A DNA stretch of 63,720 nt, the filler included, from Rhabdomonas costata (taxonomy: Eukaryota), in NCBI GenBank assembly GCA_019059605.1. It is 36 parts of 36 records of this genome, joined end to end, with 100 filler letters (N's around TTAATTAATTAA, not from the genome) between each part and the next. Parts side by side here need not be neighbours in the genome. Positions count along the whole stretch, not along the records: positions 37,237 to 38,909 come from JAHMHO010010895.1; positions 39,010 to 40,682 come from JAHMHO010010896.1; positions 40,783 to 42,442 come from JAHMHO010010897.1; positions 42,543 to 44,215 come from JAHMHO010010898.1; positions 44,316 to 46,001 come from JAHMHO010010899.1; positions 46,102 to 47,773 come from JAHMHO010010900.1; positions 47,874 to 49,543 come from JAHMHO010010901.1; 29 more parts are not named here. One strand, given 5' to 3'. The translations under genes were made by a program, and so were the position numbers. Below are positions 37,700 through 49,643 of this stretch, piece after piece. The notes under the pieces were generated by a model, which was not told the origin of the DNA, did not search any database, and saw only the letters and a list, made by a program, of their open reading frames with translations. The first letter of the stretch is position 1, and each line of letters begins with the position of its first letter.

Positions 37700-38595
37700 A
37701 CCGGCTGTGTGGGCACTGGGACGCCATGGAGGTGGTGCGGACGGCGGCGAAGCTGGTGGACCTGAAGGAGGCCCACATCCGCCGCGAGGAGGAGGGGCTG
37801 TTCCCGATGGCCCCCAACAAGCTGACCCGTGCCGAGTTGCAGGACATGGGCAGCCGGATGGAGGAGATGGAGCAGGTCGCTGCCAACCCCACTCTCCCCC
37901 TTCTCACCACCGGGTGCGGTGCTCCGAGCTAAGTGAGAAGATCTCCCCAGTGAGAAAAAGCTTTCCCAAAAATATTGAGAAAACGTCCCCTAAGAATATA
38001 TCTAAAGTATTTCAAAGTGAGAAGTGAGAAATTACAGCTTATGTCACCCATACATCTGGAAAACGTCGGTTTAGTATTCACTTTGGTGAACATTTTCACT
38101 TACCCGTACTTTGTACAGTTTTAGAGTCAGGGATAGAATCCTACCTTGAGGTTGCTGTAGACTTCCCCTCTTGTACTGGCACCCTCTTTGCAAGGGTTGA
38201 CGTTCAGGACCCGCAGGGTCTTGGTGCGAGCAGGGCAGGCCTTTTAGGAGTTGTGGAGCGTATGGGAGGACACGTGAGTTGAGTTGTGTGTCAGGGGGGG
38301 GGGGCTGAGCCAGTCAGCGGTACTACCAATTGACAGTTACTTTGACGTACTCCGATGCGCTGTGAGGGCGAACGTCAGGTCCTCAAGGTCAAGAACAGAC
38401 CCAAGAGGGAGGGTTGCCAGCAAACAGCGTTGTTCCGGTTTGCCACTTTCCTTCAGTTTGCGTCACTCCGCACACATTCTTTCGCTTCACTCACACACTT
38501 GTCCGCAGAGCTTCCAGTCGCGCCAAAAGGGCGACCTGGAGAAGCTCGCGGCGGAGCTTGCGGAGAAGTACCCGTGGTCCCCCGAGTCTCAATAA
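37700..38595 (+). CDS. Hemerythrin (HHE) domain protein, last 2 exons: 37700-37875 and 38509-38595
   Basis: LVDLKEAHIRREEEGLFPMAPNKLTRAELQDMGSRMEE contains the H-x3-EE-x2-LFP hemerythrin motif. GT-AG intron in phase. Confidence 0.8.
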
Positions 38596-39135
38596 AAGCC
38601 GAGACAGCCCCGGGGGCTTCCTATGCGGAGGACTTCCTTTGTAAGTGCCCTAATTTAGTTTCTTCAGTGGTTTTTTTGGTGGAGAAGAAATGGGGTTGGT
38701 TGGCCTGCCCTTAGCTAGGTCCATGCGCGGCCACGACACGGGGGGAGGGGTTCATCAAAGAAAGTCAGGACGGGGTTGGAACGAGGGAGGGGTGTTCGGG
38801 CATGTCGAGCAGGCGCTCGCTGTGGCGTATATGGGCCTGTGTCTGTGTCTGTGTGTGGGGTGTCTTCCAGTTTTCTTTGAAGAGGGAGAACGTTGGGGGG
38901 TGTTATATTNNNNNNNNNNNNNNNNNNNNNNNNNNNNNNNNNNNNNNNNNNNNTTAATTAATTAANNNNNNNNNNNNNNNNNNNNNNNNNNNNNNNNNNN
39001 NNNNNNNNNGGTGTTGGTGAACTCATAAGGCGCTAGGAAAGTGGACCTACCTCCCACTCCCTTTTACTGCGTGGCTCCTGATAATTGACGTCCGCGCAAA
39101 TAGGAATTCATCTACAAACACACCCCACGATGCAC

Positions 39136-40673
39136 GCCGCCACGAGGCCCACCGTCAGCGGCACTCCGGAGTTGATGTACGCCATCCACACCGACCTCTT
39201 CGTGCCCACCACAAGCACCCAGTCCAGGCCCTGCGTGCGAAAAGAATGAAAAACAGTGCAGCCAAACACCTGGGCAGAAAAAAGCTGACTTTCTATGAAC
39301 TGATCAAAAGCAGAAAAAGGGTCCTCACCTGCATCCCGATTGCGCCGACGTGGGCATAGTAGTCTCCGGTCTGGATATCCTCATTGTGATTACCGGCGAA
39401 CCTCATCCAACCCGTCACCGGGTCCACCGCTGTGGTGGCAATGCCTCGGATCACATCATTGGTGGCCTGTTGCGCGGGCACCACCTGAGCCGTTCCCGTC
39501 ACAGGGTCGTACGAGCGGAACAGGTTCTGCCCAGAAACGGAGCTGCCCAGAAGGGCCCCCGTCTTGCGCTCCACCAGAAAGATCACCGATTCCGGGAGCA
39601 GATCGGCGGCGATCTGTATGTGTATGGTCGGGCGGGTGTGCCAGATCACTGACAGCACAATCCCGAATCGGAAATCGGAAATCTGAAATGATAAGCTTCC
39701 GCTTTGGTGGTGGTCGTGGTGGTTGAGGAAGGGCAAAGCTTACCGTCTTCAGGAAGTCATCGAAGGCCTGCAGACCAACGTTGGTCACGGCAACGTACGG
39801 TGCAGTGGAGCCGTCGGGCTGGGGTCGCGCCCAGTACTGCGCCGGGACGGTCAGCTGAACCCCGAGGGTGAAGTACAGCGCCCCGAAGAAGACATCCCTG
39901 GTGGGGTTCTGCACCGCCGTCGTGTACCAACCCTTTCGAAGCGGGGAGTGCAAATTAATGCGCGCCTATGCGTGTTTTGGGTGAGGGACAGTGAGTTTCA
40001 AATCCTCCAAATACGAGGAAAGGAGGGAGAGGGGGAGGGTATACTCGGATGCGACTATTCGCCCAGAAGCTTCGCCAGCCAGCAAAGCGTAATGTCCACA
40101 GCAAGACTAAAAATAACCTTCTTCATTATTGCAAGAGACGGTCTCCCCCCCTCCATGGAGGGTACAGAAATTCCCATCGAACAACTCTGGCCCTTTCCGT
40201 CCATCGCTGAGTCCTCTCCCCCTGCCCTTGCATAGCACCCTCGCTCTGCGTCCTGTCCGTTGTCACCCCACAGCGTGGCACTTCCCCCTTCCTGTTTTTT
40301 CTGTTGCACTCAGGCAGCCCATACGACTTTGGTCCCTCCTATCATTTGTGGCTTTTGGCCGCCTTGCCTCGTGCGCCCTTCCTTCCCCCGCTCCCTTGTG
40401 TGCACCGTCTTGTTAGTACCAGAAGCAAAACTCTCTGTCAATGTCGTAACACAACACTTGGAACGAATGACCATTCCACGGGGATCCAAGCCCCTTCAGA
40501 GCCATGGCACCCCCTCCCCCTCCATCTGTTCCAGACCCGAGTGGTGCCGTTGTAGCGGTTGCCCGTGATAGTGAGGTTGTTCACCGTGGACATCAGGTCG
40601 GAGCCCCAGCAGCTGCTGCAATTCCCCGCGTCCACCGCGGCAGGGGGCACCCACATCTTCCCCAGGCGGTAAC
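39136..40673 (-). CDS. Cache-domain (dCache-like) transmembrane receptor ectodomain, 4 exons: 40673-40537, 39932-39744, 39613-39329, 39230-39136
   Basis: RYNGTTR|GWYTTA resembles YDPRxRPWY. Also VIFLVERKTGALLGSS and GLDWVLVVG followed by a hydrophobic TM start. All are dCache_1 hallmarks and the junctions are in phase. Confidence 0.7.
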
Positions 40674-40782
40674 CTGTGAGGTNNNNNNNNNNNNNNNNNN
40701 NNNNNNNNNNNNNNNNNNNNNNNNNNTTAATTAATTAANNNNNNNNNNNNNNNNNNNNNNNNNNNNNNNNNNNNNNNNNNNN

Positions 40783-42324
40783 CAAAGACGGGCACCGGAG
40801 GAGGCGCCGAGGCGATCAGGATGAACACGGGGTGACCAAACCTCTGCCCTGTGTCCTGGGCGTGCTTCACAATGCCCGCGCACACCACCGGGGCGGCGCA
40901 CATGTGGGTTACTTTGTGAGTGTTTATCACCTGAAACATCGGCTCGAACTCCACCTGTGTTCATGTTTTGGACTTGGGGACATTGAACGAAAAGGGAAAA
41001 CACAACGCGTTTCCTTTCAACGAACTTGGGTAACGGCCGTCACGTGGAAACAGTAGAGAAGGACCCCTTGACCACCATGACCATTCCCCAGAGACGTCAA
41101 CCAAGATGACAAGCCGAGAGAAAGTGTTCGTGCAAAAAACGTCCCTGTCAAGACGTACAGGTCAGCATATGGAAAGAATGCGCAGGAACGAAAGCAACTA
41201 CACGTTCACTCAGATCGAGTGCGAAATAAGAATCGACGGCAAGGGTAGCGAGGGTCGTGACGGACAGATGCGTCCCTACTGTCGGCGATAAACCACCCAG
41301 GAAACACACTGCTAATCCAATAATGAAAGAGTTAGGGGGACGCGCACCTTTCTGCTGAAAACTTGGGTGCCTCCCATGGCGACCACACCCCAGGGAAAGC
41401 ACCAGCCATTGCTGTGACAAGAGCAATGAAAACCCAAAGAGAGAGTGTGATGTGTGTCCGTGTGTGAAGAGGAGGAGCTCTTTGCGCGCGGGACTGGGAC
41501 GGGGCTTGACTGTGTGCAAGCAAGCGTCTTCCCGAGCTGCCAGCGCTGACCGAGCAGCCCTCATGTTTACCCGCTACGGGCATAAGCCCTTGGAATCCCT
41601 TGACATACAAGAAACTACAGGGTCACTTGCTGCATACAAAGGATTGGAGAGACCAGAATTCGTCCACTCCCAAATGCACACAGGGGGCGCACCAGTGGAA
41701 CATGGGCAGCACCCACAGATACACGCTCTGGCTGTTGATCTGGGTCTGCAGCATCTCGTCCAGGGCATTGAGGTAGGCCCCGCGGTGGTGCAGCATCACC
41801 CCCTTGGGGTTGCCCGTGGTCCCACTGGTGAAGTTAATCGAGATCGTCTGTGAGTTCAACGAAAACGCGTCTGAAGAGTACATGTGATGGAGGAAATTTG
41901 TGGCTCAAATCAAATCAGCGCGAAATTTGAAAGAGAAGAAAGATAAGGGTAGGAAAAGAGAAAATGAGGACAGGGAACAGGGCACTCCCTCCCTCTTCCC
42001 TTCTGTTTTTTCATGACTTAAGGTTAAGCTTCTGTCTACGTTTGCCTTTGCCCCTCCACTGTAGGTTCAAATCCGCCTCCTACCCATGCCATTCGTTTCC
42101 AAAAAAAACACTCTTGGGAAACACACAGTACGTACGTCCCACTCGTCCTGCACGGCGCAGGGCAGCGCGGCGGGGCTGCCGGTAGCCAGGAACTCCTCGT
42201 ACGAGGGCCCCGGCAGGGGGCGGTCCTCGCTGCGGTCGCAGATGTTCACAAACAGCCGCACCGAGGACAGTGTGGCGGCGATGGGAGTGACCGCGGGGGC
42301 CAGCTCATTGTCCACCAGAAACAC
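40783..42324 (-). CDS. Acyl-CoA synthetase / acyl-activating enzyme (AMP-binding), 4 exons: 42324-42136, 41847-41693, 41411-41348, 40954-40783
   Basis: QDEWD|TISINFTSGTTGNPKGVMLHHRGAYLNAL...YLWVLPMFHC|NGWCFPWG...VTHMCAAPVV, the AMP-binding signature of the AAE/AlkK-like subfamily. Confidence 0.95.
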
Positions 42325-44413
42325 CTAAAATCCATTCATCCACCATTCGAGTTCTGCTATCACAGCAACAGGCCAGCCCTGTGCAGCACTGCCAATCGCC
42401 AATAGGGTCTTCTCAAGCACACCACAACCAAACACACAACACNNNNNNNNNNNNNNNNNNNNNNNNNNNNNNNNNNNNNNNNNNNNTTAATTAATTAANN
42501 NNNNNNNNNNNNNNNNNNNNNNNNNNNNNNNNNNNNNNNNNNGTGGGGTGGGGCTGACGGTGTCCCCCTCCTCCGTCGGACTGCACTCCGGGATGCCCGC
42601 GGACTCCGACCTGTGCCTGCACCCCGTCGGGGGGGCGGGCACAGTGGGCCCGGTGAGCTACGACCCCGCGCGGCTGCCCGTGCGGACGTCCTCTCTGTGG
42701 CTGCTGGAAACTCCGGAGAGGTCCTGCGGGGGGCCCTTGCTGCCGATGCGGGGGTACCTCCTCAGGCACCTTTCTTCAGATCGGTGCGATCCGTGGTTTT
42801 TTCAGGCTGTGGGAGTGGGGGGTGAGGACCAACGGTGTGTGTAAAAGCTGGGAATTTGGACGGGTGGGGATCAGTGAATCCGCGCTTCCATCTCCGTTTG
42901 GTTTGCCTCCAGTCTCATTCCTGTGAATGAGGGATACCCATGAAAAACTCGAATGCAATCAGAGGCGCAGACCGGTGATTTTTTGGACGTTTATTTTTTT
43001 GGCACTTCAAATTGCACGTTCACAGATCAAATAACATCAGATAATCGGTTGCTAGCCTGAAGCGTGGGGCACTCCTGGTGTATACCTGAAATAGGGCAAG
43101 GCTTCGTTTTCTCTGTGCTCTCAGACAGAGGAGTTTAGCGCTTTTGGTGGCTGACTCATAAGCATCCAAGAAAAACTCCCGGGCACTCGGTTCCAGTACT
43201 CGCCGATCTCCGCGCTGTTTTGCAGTCATTGCTTCCCCAAACACAACAGCCTCAGATTCTGAGGCGTCAGTCATTGATAAGTGAAGTGCTTATGGGGACT
43301 ACTCATCATGCATGCAGCTACCTGGAGCTGCGTGAGAAGGGCGACGGCACGGCGGAGTTCGCGCTGAACCCCTTTCCCAACCCCCCCAAGTAACCGGTTC
43401 AAAAATTGCGGAGAAACCTGAAACCTGACCCAATTGCATCCAGGTCAGGTGGCAAAGACCACTGGACAAGTGGCAAGTGATAAGACCGTGGGGAGACAGA
43501 AGGTGGGTTGTCAAACTTTTTTCGAATCGAAAGTTGAGGCTGTTTGCGCATGTCTCTTCTGCGTCTGGAACGCGAGCGGCACTCACTATTCAAAAGCTCC
43601 TCCTCCTCTCCTTCATCGGTTGCTTCTCTGTCTGTGTTTGTGATCTGATAACTCGCAGCTCCGCAGCACCTTTTGCCCTTCTGTCTCCGTTAACCCGGTG
43701 GGCCCGGTGCGGTCATCCCTCACTACGAACACCAATGAACACCTTCAGTTTAAAGCAGCACCGACCAACCAATTTGTGATTTTATCGTTCGCCCCTACCT
43801 TTTTTCTCGCTTTTCATACATGTACACATTTAACAAAGAGGAAATCCCAACAAAACCTTACATTTTCAACACAATCCAGTTTGCTTCTCTCCGCTGTTCG
43901 AGCTCCCCGGGCTTCTACTCCGGGCTTCCCTTTGAAGGGGACCTGAAGGCACATCCAAATCATCCGCTTCCTTCCATGGCATTCAGCAACTCTGGCCTGT
44001 AAAAAGGTGCACAACTTCTCCCTTTTCACTCTCAGCAGTCTAACGGTGTACGCATCTGGTTCAATGGTTCAACGCAAAAGCGCAAAAGCAGCCGAGTACA
44101 AGCCAGTGGAAAAAGGAACTCCATATTGCACATATTCATCCAGAAAAGAAAAAGAGAACCCGAATGAAAAGCATCGGAAGCTAGACCGCTAAGCTGGTCG
44201 ATTTGGGTAACAACANNNNNNNNNNNNNNNNNNNNNNNNNNNNNNNNNNNNNNNNNNNNTTAATTAATTAANNNNNNNNNNNNNNNNNNNNNNNNNNNNN
44301 NNNNNNNNNNNNNNNCCTTCCCCAGGCTCAAGTCTTTGGGTGTCAACAATGACAACTCATTGAACAGCAGTCAACTCAACTTGCCGCAACAGAGAACATC
44401 TCTTTCTTTACAC

Positions 44414-44733
44414 CTCGCAGTCGTAGATCTCCTGAAGCTCGGAAGCCGCCATGAAGTGGTCAAAGTGCCCATGCGTTATTAAAATGGTTTTCACACTGTT
44501 GACACCCAAAGACTTGAGCCTGAGGAAGGGAAACAGTATTACAGCCCAATGAACACCCACCGGCAGAAAACATGGAAACGCAGCAAAAGACGCGCACACT
44601 TTTTGGTTATGAGGCTGAGGCTTCCACCAGGATCCACCACAACAGCTTGCTTGCTGGCTTTGTCTGCAATAATTGTGCAGTTGCACTGCAGTGGACCAAC
44701 AGCAAACGATTCCACAACGACTTCGTCTGCCAT
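44414..44733 (-). CDS. Metallo-beta-lactamase fold hydrolase (YcbL/glyoxalase II-like), first 2 exons: 44733-44600 and 44519-44414
   Basis: VGPLQCNCTII...AVVVDPGG...ILITHGHFDHF contains the HxHxDH motif. Confidence 0.92.
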
Positions 44734-45805
44734 TGCACGAAATAAAATACAACTGAAACAATTGAAACAAATAAACACAATTGAAAAGCAATGGACTTGA
44801 CAGTTTTTGAAGGATCACGAGGACAACGACGAAGCACCTAAACGCTGCGGATCCCGTCCTGTCACTCTCTAGACGGTATATTTACTCCTTAATTACTTTG
44901 GCTCCTTAATTACTTACGCCCCACCATGTTAGACACCCCCCCATTCTCCCGATAACGAAAGGGGCCGAGCCAACTGCCGTTCCACCTGTTGCCCACGAAC
45001 AAAAAATCCTTGAAGCTCCATGCTCTTCCGGACAAGTTCTCTTCTGAATCAAGAAGCACGATTCTAATAAACCAAGCCCGTACCCCCAGGTCTTGGCATG
45101 CGCGAACCTGGAGTAATATCTAAGTAATGCCGTTTTTCCCGATGCCCTGGTTCCGCGAGAATCGGCAAGTCATTTTGCGGCGTGACACGACTGATAAAGG
45201 ATGAGCGCATCCACAGACCAGACGACACTGTTCTGAAGCGCGGGCGTCGTCAACGGCAACTTTTGTTTCCATGGCATGGGATGATTGATGAAAAGAAGAA
45301 AAAACCGTAATCGTGGCTTGTATTTTGTAGTCACTCATGCTTAATGGTCTGCGAATTTTTTGTGAATTATGGGAATGCTGGCTGAAGACTCACCCCTTGC
45401 TGGTTGGCACAGACAATGGGTTAGAATTATTTGAAGGCGGAGGCGAGTCACGTCAGCAGCGAGGCCAGCCCGCGGCGCCGCCGCAGCGGGAAGGCTGGGG
45501 AAGCGAATTTTCAGCAGAATCATTATGGAAATCAGGTGGTTTGAGGGCAGATTGCAATCATTTCGTCTACAGTGACGATTTCTTTTTGTCCTGGGTTTCC
45601 TTTGAGGGTTCCAGAGGTATTTTTCGACACCTGAAAAGACGATAGTGTTCGCTATCACCTTTTCAGTTGTGATGGATTTCACAAAAATGCGGCGACAAAA
45701 AAATGTTGATACGGACCAAGCCCAACTTGCAGCCACTCACACCCAAGAAGTGGGCACCCCTGGGGAAGTTGGCCTTGGTCGGTCCCTCTCTGGTGATAGT
45801 GAGGG

Positions 45806-45883
45806 TTAGGGTTAGGGTTAGGGTTAGGGTTAGGGTTAGGGTTAGGGTTAGGGTTAGGGTTAGGGTTAGGGTTAGGGTTAGGG
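45806..45883 (+). repeat. Interstitial telomeric array (TTAGGG)13
   Basis: 13 perfect units preceded by TGAGGG, with non-telomeric sequence on both sides. Confidence 0.97.
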
Positions 45884-48236
45884 AGAAGGACGATAGTGTT
45901 CACCATCACCTTTTGAAAGACGACCATAACCAGAAAAAGTCGATGGCGTTTACTATCAACATTTCCTGAGCATTACCGTCTTTTTCGTTACTCGTCTCTT
46001 GNNNNNNNNNNNNNNNNNNNNNNNNNNNNNNNNNNNNNNNNNNNNTTAATTAATTAANNNNNNNNNNNNNNNNNNNNNNNNNNNNNNNNNNNNNNNNNNN
46101 NGGGTGTGGGTGTTAAACATATGCCAGCACTTCTCGAAATGCCTGTGTTTTTGTGTAATGGGATTAGGTAATCTTGGCCAGTGCCCCGAAGATGATTGTT
46201 TTTTCTCAGTAGCTGAAAACTACTGCGACCTGACAAAGGACTCGTCAATGGCTGGGATAAGGCCGGACCAGTAGGACAGCATTCATTTAGGGGCGAAGGC
46301 AAATCCTCGACGCGGCCGGGGCGGGCGGCTGAGGCGGGAACGCGCCCTGGGGAAGGGGCTTTTAACGAGTGTTTCTTTAAAATGCACTCCCATAATAATT
46401 GTTACCACTGGTAAGCGTTACCCTTCCCTCCCCCCAACTTCAGTTGCACCAAGCATTGTGGGGTTTGGTCAGTACCCTTGGCAGGTTGCACTGCACATGT
46501 GTTGGAAGTATTGAAGGCGATTGAAAACGCTTAAACTACACCTGTACCTTGTGCATCTGCCGCAGCGAGTGCACTGCAAGTAGTCACTTTTCTCTTTGGG
46601 GAGCTTGAAGCTCTTCAGGAGCTTCCGGATGGCTTTCTCTGGGAAAGCACCCACCACAAAGACCAGGCCCCCGCCCGGATTTGCCGCCTTGGGCTTCGCC
46701 ACCGCACTGGTTCCCGGCCGCTGGTTCGCGCGGGTAAGCTCTGCACGTACGCTCTGAACCTGTGGTGCCGGTAGGGGTTAGCGGTTAGGGGCTTGGATTG
46801 GGTTTTCTTGACAAACCCATAAAAGAAAGGAAGGGGTTCCGACTGTTTGGACCCACCCCCCATTATCAAAACAGCATGGTGCACTTGGCCTGAGTAACAT
46901 TTTCTGGGGAGGACTCGACGTTCCCCTCCCAGTTGCGGGTTCCCTCCTTTCGATGGGGCAAGGGCCCATCAAAAAACCTCACCCCTTCTCTCGCTGTCTC
47001 ACGTTACTCTCCTCTGCCTCGCGGGGTTGTTGTTCCCCTCGGGACGTACGATCAGGTGTCTTCACACACATACACACACACTATCTCTCTCTGAACATGG
47101 GATTTAACACCCGCTTCCATTTCTTGAGCCACGGCCGGCCTCGCAGACCTGCTTTCTTATCTCGTCGGTCTGGCGCAGAGTCCCTTCCGCGACGGACGCC
47201 TGCTCGAGAAGGCCGGCGAGCTCGGCGCCAACGGCGGACTGGACACCCCCGCCAAAAATACCCACAAACCCATGAAAAGTCGTCAAGCGTAGTAGCTGCT
47301 GCAAAATCTCTCCTCATTGCACTATCATCCATGACAGCCTTTCGTTATCCAGAAAGTTAACCGCTCAGCACCGCTGAAGGTTCAAGAGTGGTAAACGCTC
47401 AGCTTAACCATACAGGCATAATAACTAAGGTTGACGTGCAAACCGAGAATAATCATCTAGAGATGACTGGCACAGCTCACCCCCTTCAAGTAGTAAAGTC
47501 ATTTCAAAGGTGCTTGAATCAGCTACCTAACCTCTTGTACGCTAAAATAAGAAATTTCCTTACGATACGATACGATTTTTGTTAGCTTTTACGACTCCGT
47601 CCCCCCTCGACGTCAATGGGGCCAACAACAATAACATCGCCATTTACCAGTGCCAGCGAAGCATCGTTCATGACATCGCACGCACGCCCCAACTCAGCCG
47701 CCCACTCCGGCATATCGCGGACTGGCATCTGCCCTTAAAACAATCTTGTCCCATTTCTCCGCCAAACCCCCCCNNNNNNNNNNNNNNNNNNNNNNNNNNN
47801 NNNNNNNNNNNNNNNNNTTAATTAATTAANNNNNNNNNNNNNNNNNNNNNNNNNNNNNNNNNNNNNNNNNNNNTTTTTGTGACGGTGCGCCCCACTCCCT
47901 CCTGAAAAGGCACATCAATATTACGGTTCGTCCTGTTGAGGCTGCGGGCACGCACCGTCACAAATACCATAGCAACTACGATGGCATATGACGTGCGCGT
48001 CAGCCCACCAGCACTTGGAGTCATGCAGCGCTGGCCAGCAAACGATGCAGAGCACAGCCCAGACTCGCACAAGAATAAAACGGGCGGTGACTTCTTTTCG
48101 AAGGGGTGCCATACAGGGGAAGAACCCATGCAGAAGTAAGATTGAAGGAAGCCTATACCCATGCAATGTGCAACCTTACTACGAATTCGCACAGATGCCA
48201 AGCTCTGTTTCAAGAGGCACCACACACTCCACACAC

Positions 48237-49543
48237 CGGAAGATCCACACTAGCACCGGCGGTCAGCAGGGCCTGCCAGGCCTCGGCATTGTTCAGCTCC
48301 AGGGCAACGTGCAGGGCGGTCTTGCCCTGCTTGTCCTGCAAAAATACAAAGCGGCGGTGCAACATCCGCTATGAGTATTGGTGTGCCTGTCTGTGGGTGC
48401 GTGTGGGCACACACAGAGAACTGCCTAGGATTTCGGCCCATGCGGATATAGTACTGCACAGAAGTACGGTGGGAACGGGAGCTGCAGCTTCCTGCAAGCG
48501 GCACTGTAGCAGGAGCTGAGGGTACTGTTCCTTCACCCCTGTAATAGAACCAACCCTCTACTCTTTCACAGGCACCTACGCACGAGCGAAGGGCGAACCT
48601 GGAGGTTGACCTGGGCCTTGGCAAGAAGAAGGGCCTTCCACGCAGTGGCGTTGCCCATCTCCAGGGCGAGCTGCAGGGGCGTCATGCCCAGGTTGTCCTA
48701 TCGAACAGAACACGAAAGCAAATGCAAGGGCAAAGCGACGCAGTTTTCTGTACCAGAGAATGGGGCCCAACAGAGGCGCAACTTGAGGGGCTTCCTCTTC
48801 CTCTGCGGCGGTACGCAAGGCAACCCAGTTGCCTGCACCACAGAAGAGCGGCCTCGGAGGCACACCACAACCGGGCGAGGGGGGAGCTAAATATTCACTG
48901 GCGCGATGCCCTGGCGTGCTGTCTTGAGGGGCTTCTTTTCCGGCGGTAGGGATGCTGTGAGGGGTCAGAACTGCGCTTCCAAAATGCTAAAGAGGGGCAA
49001 GCTGCACTTTTTATCCATTCCTTGGTAGTGCCTGTGTGACTGGGGCGGTGGCCAAACACATGGGGAGAGGAGAGAACACGACACAAGGCCATGTCTTGGA
49101 AAGATGAAACGGCATCGGTGCAAGAAAAAGCAGGAATGGAAGATAACGGTGGGGACTGGACGGAGGGGGCGCGGAGGCTGTAGTGCCCTTAGTGGGAGCC
49201 CACTGGTGTGGCAATGCCGCGGATACGAAGGCTCTCGCGCACGCAATACATTGCTAGTTCAAAAGATCACCAGGGTTCAATTTCTTTTTTTTTCAGTAAT
49301 ACAAGTCCTTTATCTCCACGAAAAATCAGGCACAACCGCATCCACGCAAAAAACAACAACGAAAACCCAGCCGCTCATACTCGCTACAGTTCCATAGATA
49401 CAAGAGGCCTCCAGGAAAACCAGGAAGCACACCACCGCCCGAACTCACTCATGTGCAGAAACCTGAAGGTCCAGGTTGGGCTTCGCGGAGAGCAGGGCCT
49501 CGAAGGCCTCCGCCCACTTCTTCTCCAGGGCCAGGTGAAGTGC
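48237..49543 (-). CDS. Ankyrin repeat protein with one repeat per 99-nt exon: 49543-49463 (partial), 48697-48599, 48335-48237
   Basis: ALHLALEKKWAEAFEALLSAKPNLDLQ|DNLGMTPLQLALEMGNATAWKALLLAKAQVNLQ|DKQGKTALHVALELNNAEAWQALLTAGASVDLP, with phase-0 GT-AG introns. Confidence 0.92.
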
Positions 49544-49643
49544 NNNNNNNNNNNNNNNNNNNNNNNNNNNNNNNNNNNNNNNNNNNNTTAATTAATTAAN
49601 NNNNNNNNNNNNNNNNNNNNNNNNNNNNNNNNNNNNNNNNNNN

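Noticed and set aside
36728..38595. DUF1971 gene next to a hemerythrin gene as a possible NO/redox gene cluster
   Set aside because: They are on different contigs separated by a spacer, and contig order only reflects length sorting.
42750..42770. Possible GC donors at 42766 and about 43949 in contig 25
   Set aside because: No protein homology fixes the junctions, and an alternative GT donor exists at 42754.
45679..45969. ORFs with (NP)n or (VR)n repeats
   Set aside because: These are translations of the telomeric array, not proteins.
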